A DNA stretch of 59,238 nt from Candidatus Acetothermia bacterium (GTDB taxonomy: Bacteria; Bipolaricaulota; Bipolaricaulia; M55B111): contig JBKGZS010000001.1 of the NCBI GenBank assembly GCA_046543285.1, positions 1-59,238 on the forward strand. The letters are read 5' to 3'. Shown here piece after piece: positions 56,024 through 59,238 of the stretch (the first letter of the stretch is position 1; every line of letters starts with the position of its first letter). A program made the translations under genes and the position numbers. The notes under the pieces were generated by a model. It was not told the DNA's origin. It made no database searches and saw nothing but the letters and a program-made list of their open reading frames with translations.

Positions 56024-57333
56024 AACCCCGGGTTCGTTTCGCCCCCAGTCCCACCGGTCACCTCCACGTGGGCGGTGCCAGAACCGCGTTGTTCAACTGG
56101 CTCTACGCCCGCCATCACGGGGGAGCGTTTCTGCTAAGGATCGAGGATACAGACCAGAGCCGCTCCACGGAGGAATCCATAAAAGGAATCCAGGAGGGGC
56201 TTAGCTGGCTGGGACTGGACTGGGACGAATACTTCCGACAAACGGAAAGAAGCTCTATTCACCAGCAATACGCACAGCAATTGCTGGAGGCGGATAGGGC
56301 CTACGAATCTGAAGGAGCTCTGTGGTTCAGGCTTCCCCGGGAGGACTGTATCGTCGTGGACGACCGAATAATGGGGGAGGTAGAATACCAGACCGAAGAG
56401 CTCAAGGACTTCGTCATACGCCGCTCAGACGGCACCTTTACTTACAACTTCGCCTGCGTGGTGGACGACCTGGAGATGGATATTAGCCACGTGATGAGGG
56501 GGGACGACCATCTCAACAACACTCCCAAACAAATATGCGTCTACCGGGCACTGGGAGAAGAGGAACCCGAATTTGCCCACTTTCCCATGATTTTGGGAGA
56601 GGACGGCAAGCGCCTCAGCAAAAGGCACGGGGCCACTTCGCTTTTGAACTACCGAAGACAAGGATACCTTCCAGAAGCGCTGATGAATTTCCTGGCCCGC
56701 CTGGGCTGGTCCCACGGAGACCAGGAAATCTTCTCCTCCGAGGAATTGATCGAGCTGTTTGAGCTGGAGAACGTAGGTTCTTCTCCGGCCATATTTGATG
56801 ACGAGAAACTAATGTGGCTCAACCACGAATGGATGAAAAGAACACCACTTCCGGAGCTTGGAGAAAAATTGAAAGATAGATTGCTCCAGGAGCAACTGGT
56901 CCCCGAGGAACGGACCCAATCCTTTGAATCCGGAACCTACCGGCGAGTGGCGGAATTGATGAGAGAACGCAACAAGACCCTGACCGACCTCGCAGAGGCC
57001 AGCAAATTCGTCTTCGTCGAAGAGCTGGAATATTCCCCGGAGCTGGCCGAAAAACAGCTGACGGAAAACGTCAGCAAACTACTGATCGGCCTGGCTCACA
57101 AACTTGAAGAGCTGGAACAATTCGAAAAGGACCGAATCGAGGAGTTCACCAGAACTTACCTCGATCAACAGGGGGAAAGCCTGGGTGCAATAGCCCAGGC
57201 CTGCAGAGTGGCCCTGACGGGAAGAGAAGTCTCTCCGGGTCTGTTCGTGACCATGGAGCTGCTGGGAAAAGAGGCCACGACCTACAGGCTGGAAAGCTTT
57301 GCAAGGTTCCGCCACAGCAGCAGTGAAGGATAG
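56020..57333 (+). CDS. gltX: Glutamate--tRNA ligase
   Basis: [22 protein letters not shown] (HIGH), IEDTD, RLSKRHG (KMSKS-like). The start overlaps the ilvE stop (ATGA). Confidence 0.93.
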   Translation: MKPRVRFAPSPTGHLHVGGARTALFNWLYARHHGGAFLLRIEDTDQSRSTEESIKGIQEGLSWLGLDWDEYFRQTERSSIHQQYAQQLLEADRAYESEGALWFRLPREDCIVVDDRIMGEVEYQTEELKDFVIRRSDGTFTYNFACVVDDLEMDISHVMRGDDHLNNTPKQICVYRALGEEEPEFAHFPMILGEDGKRLSKRHGATSLLNYRRQGYLPEALMNFLARLGWSHGDQEIFSSEELIELFELENVGSSPAIFDDEKLMWLNHEWMKRTPLPELGEKLKDRLLQEQLVPEERTQSFESGTYRRVAELMRERNKTLTDLAEASKFVFVEELEYSPELAEKQLTENVSKLLIGLAHKLEELEQFEKDRIEEFTRTYLDQQGESLGAIAQACRVALTGREVSPGLFVTMELLGKEATTYRLESFARFRHSSSEG

Positions 57334-57338
57334 CGCAG

Positions 57339-58124
57339 GTGCTCAGATACGTCGCTCTGGGAATCATACAGGGAGTCACAGAATTTCTACCCATAAGTAG
57401 TTCCGGCCACCTGGTCATCTTCCAGAAAGCCTTCGGGTTCGGTGAACCCAAAACCCTTTTCGACGCTCTACTTCATTTCGGCACCCTGCTGGCGGTCGTT
57501 CTGGTTTATCGAAAAAGGTTGTGGAAATTGATAAGGGGCCTATTTTCCGGGGAAGGTGAAAACCGCCGTTATCTGGGACTGCTGATAGTTGGTACTACCC
57601 CCATCGCCCTTCTCGGCTATTTCGCCAGGACTCTGATCGAAGAGGCCTTTAGCTCCACGCTGGTGGTCGGCGGAGGATTGATATTGACCGCCCTGGTCCT
57701 CTGGTTCGCTGGTAAACTCGGTGAACAACGCCGGAATTTCGAACAGATGGACTGGAAGGATGCCCTGACCATAGGTCTAGCCCAGATGGTAGCCCTGATC
57801 CCCGGAGTCTCCCGCAGCGGGATGACCATATCCGCCGGCCTGTTCAAAAAGTTCGAGGGCCAATTCGCCGCCGAGTACTCTTTCCTGCTGATGATCCCTG
57901 CCGTTCTGGGAGCCACGGGGTTGAAGCTGTGGGACCTCTTGAGTGGAACTATCACCGAAACCGTTCAAGTACTTCCCTATACCCTGGGAACCATCGCAGC
58001 CGCCCTGACCGGAGCACTCGCCATCAAGGCCTTGCTCAAAATCCTCAAAAGCCAGCGGTTCAGTGCCTTTTCCTATTACTGCCTGATCGCGGGAATCGTC
58101 GTCATCCTGCTGTCTGTCTTTTAA
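57339..58124 (+). CDS. uppP: Undecaprenyl-diphosphate phosphatase (BacA/UppP)
   Basis: GIIQGVTEFLPISSSGHL and PGVSRSGMTISAGL signature boxes. GTG start. Confidence 0.93.
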   Translation: MLRYVALGIIQGVTEFLPISSSGHLVIFQKAFGFGEPKTLFDALLHFGTLLAVVLVYRKRLWKLIRGLFSGEGENRRYLGLLIVGTTPIALLGYFARTLIEEAFSSTLVVGGGLILTALVLWFAGKLGEQRRNFEQMDWKDALTIGLAQMVALIPGVSRSGMTISAGLFKKFEGQFAAEYSFLLMIPAVLGATGLKLWDLLSGTITETVQVLPYTLGTIAAALTGALAIKALLKILKSQRFSAFSYYCLIAGIVVILLSVF

Positions 58125-58143
58125 TCCCGGCCGGTTTAGGAAA

Positions 58144-58356
58144 AGCAGTTCGAGTCAATGTGCTCAGAACAAATCTAGCCGCCCGGGTCACTGAACCCAG
58201 AACAAATCTAGCCGCCCGGGTCACTGTGCCCGGGCGGCGGTTGTACAAAAGCAAGAAGCTCGGGTCACCGCGCCCGAGCGTTGGTTAAACATAGGAGAGA
58301 AGCTCGAGTCACTGCGCTCGAGCGTTGAAAACATCTCGGGTCACCGCGCCCGAGCG
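58144..58356 (+). repeat. Cluster of six conserved-loop GC hairpins, including a 33-bp tandem duplication
   Basis: Stem/loop/stem units: GCCGCCCGGG-TCACTGTG-CCCGGGCGGC (58211..58238); GCTCGGG-TCACCGCG-CCCGAGC (58258..58279); GCTCGAG-TCACTGCG-CTCGAGC (58302..58323); CTCGGG-TCACCGCG-CCCGAG (58335..58354). Two degenerate copies lie upstream. The unit CAGAACAAATCTAGCCGCCCGGGTCACTG is repeated at 58165 and 58198. Confidence 0.85.
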
Positions 58357-58629
58357 ATAGTCGAACAGCCCCAGCCCCGGAGCCCAAAATCAACTGCAAA
58401 AAAACGGAAGATAAGGGCGCAACGGACCCGACCTGCTAAACCCTTTTACCCTCCCATAAATCGACAATTCAAAGCCCCAAATATAGTTAAAGATAAGGGC
58501 TTGTTGGCTTTGCTTCTACCTTGCACCTGTTTTCCCATTGCTTACAGCTCTGAAGTCCCGGGCCAAGCATTATAGAAGTTTTTTTGCACCGACAAAGGTT
58601 TACTCCAGTACGATGACCTATCCTGGGGA

Positions 58630-58838
58630 CCCCTCAACCGAGGACCTTCTCCAAAACCGCAGGCGATTTCCCCGGCGAGGAAATCGCTGCTTTCAATCTC
58701 GGCCTCGCTCTCCCCCACTCACTTGGCACGAATTAAACCTCCACGCACCTCTATGAGAGTAGGTGGTGCCGGGTGAGTGGGGGAACCATGCCCGCTCGGC
58801 CTCCGATAGCATTTTGGAGAAGGTCCTCGGTTGAGGGG
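58630..58838 (-). repeat. MITE-like long-hairpin repeat, copy B (209 nt, perfect 27-bp terminal inverted repeats)
   Basis: CCCCTCAACCGAGGACCTTCTCCAAAA (58630..58656) is the exact reverse complement of 58812..58838. The reverse complement of the element aligns with 3394..3600. Confidence 0.8.
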
Positions 58839-59005
58839 AAAGTTGAAGGAGCTATTCCGATCTAAAGCTTGAAAAATGGTGGCGTTTATTGACCTCGACT
58901 TTAGGAACAGCCGGGAGGAGCATTTGGGAAACCGCTCATCCAGTTTTGTAGTTGAGCGTAGACCTTGGGCCTCGGATTGTTTTTGGACTTAGAAGTCCAA
59001 GCCCC

Positions 59006-59232
59006 GGCAGGGCGCGGTGACCCCGCCTGCTGATTCTTGATTAACCAAGCTTGCCCGTTTTTAAGTAACCAAGCCTGTCTGTTTTTAAGGTAACCCTGCT
59101 CGCTCCTGTAATCTCGGCAGGGCGCGGTGACCCTGCCTGCTGATTTTGGGGTAACATTGCCCGGGTGACTCTGGCCGAGCAATTGTCTTTTGATTCCTGA
59201 GATTCACCCCGCGCGGGCGCAGGGACCCGCGC
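59006..59232 (-). repeat. Three reverse-orientation conserved-loop hairpins flanking 24-bp tandem repeats
   Basis: GGCAGGG-CGCGGTGA-CCCCGCC (59006..59027), GGCAGGG-CGCGGTGA-CCCTGCC (59116..59137), GCGCGGG-CGCAGGGA-CCCGCGC (59211..59232). TAACCAAGCYTGYCYGTTTTTAAG occurs twice at 59042..59089. Confidence 0.8.
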
Positions 59233-59238
59233 TGCTGG

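Noticed and set aside
56020-57333. gltX looks short (437 aa), raising the possibility of a truncated or GluQ-type enzyme
   Set aside because: The catalytic core, the KMSKS-like box and a helical anticodon-binding region are all present. The size is far above YadB/GluQRS (about 300 aa). I judge it within normal variation.
58144-58356. Possible CRISPR array, given the repeated palindromic units
   Set aside because: The units are about 22-28 nt hairpins whose stem sequences differ. Spacing is irregular (47, 44 and 33 nt). No cas genes or leader are present. This is a REP-like hairpin family, not CRISPR. An integron attC interpretation is also rejected: there is no intI, and the flanks do not fit RYYYAAC/GTTRRRY.
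58901-59182. 93-aa ORF with a NGQAWL repeat
   Set aside because: It is a translation of the 24-bp tandem repeats and hairpins in the noncoding island.

Overview
Gene-dense 59.2-kb bacterial chromosomal segment. It is mostly housekeeping. The minus-strand block is rnhB, lepB, rplS, a SPOUT methyltransferase, trmD, a KH protein, rpsP, ffh, comF and gap. The plus-strand blocks are dnaG-rpoD; valS-folC-uppS-cdsA with a nearby rlpA-like gene and mutS2; and a HAD hydrolase, an FAD oxidoreductase, ilvE, gltX and uppP. glmS, nrdD, argF, ruvA and rsmD are also present. The SPOUT gene wedged between trmD and rplS, and an SLH/coiled-coil/tail-anchor gene next to a secreted beta-rich protein, recall Thermotogota-like deep-branching diderms; taxonomy cannot be settled from the sequence alone. 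I found no tRNA, rRNA, CRISPR array, transposase, integrase or recognisable defence genes. The parts worth a second look are: (1) an Omp-alpha/Omp-beta-like envelope gene pair behind a perfect consensus promoter, plus a second beta-rich paralog whose 5' end is broken at a homopolymer run; (2) a TPP riboswitch whose aptamer carries a copy of the Shine-Dalgarno sequence, controlling a YkoF-like/ThiXYZ-like salvage transporter operon; (3) a translationally coupled HEAT-repeat / processive GT2 synthase / GH16-like exopolysaccharide module; (4) three families of non-coding repeats. These are a ~208-nt long-hairpin MITE-like element with compensatory changes between copies, a family of short GC hairpins with a conserved loop (TCACYGYG) and covarying stems, and heptanucleotide tandem repeats, including about 14 units in the upstream region of an MFS gene; (5) several long intergenic regions holding a candidate structured RNA, an untracked 48-aa membrane ORF and a dispersed 35-nt motif. 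All functional calls come from reading motifs in the supplied translations. No database search was possible.
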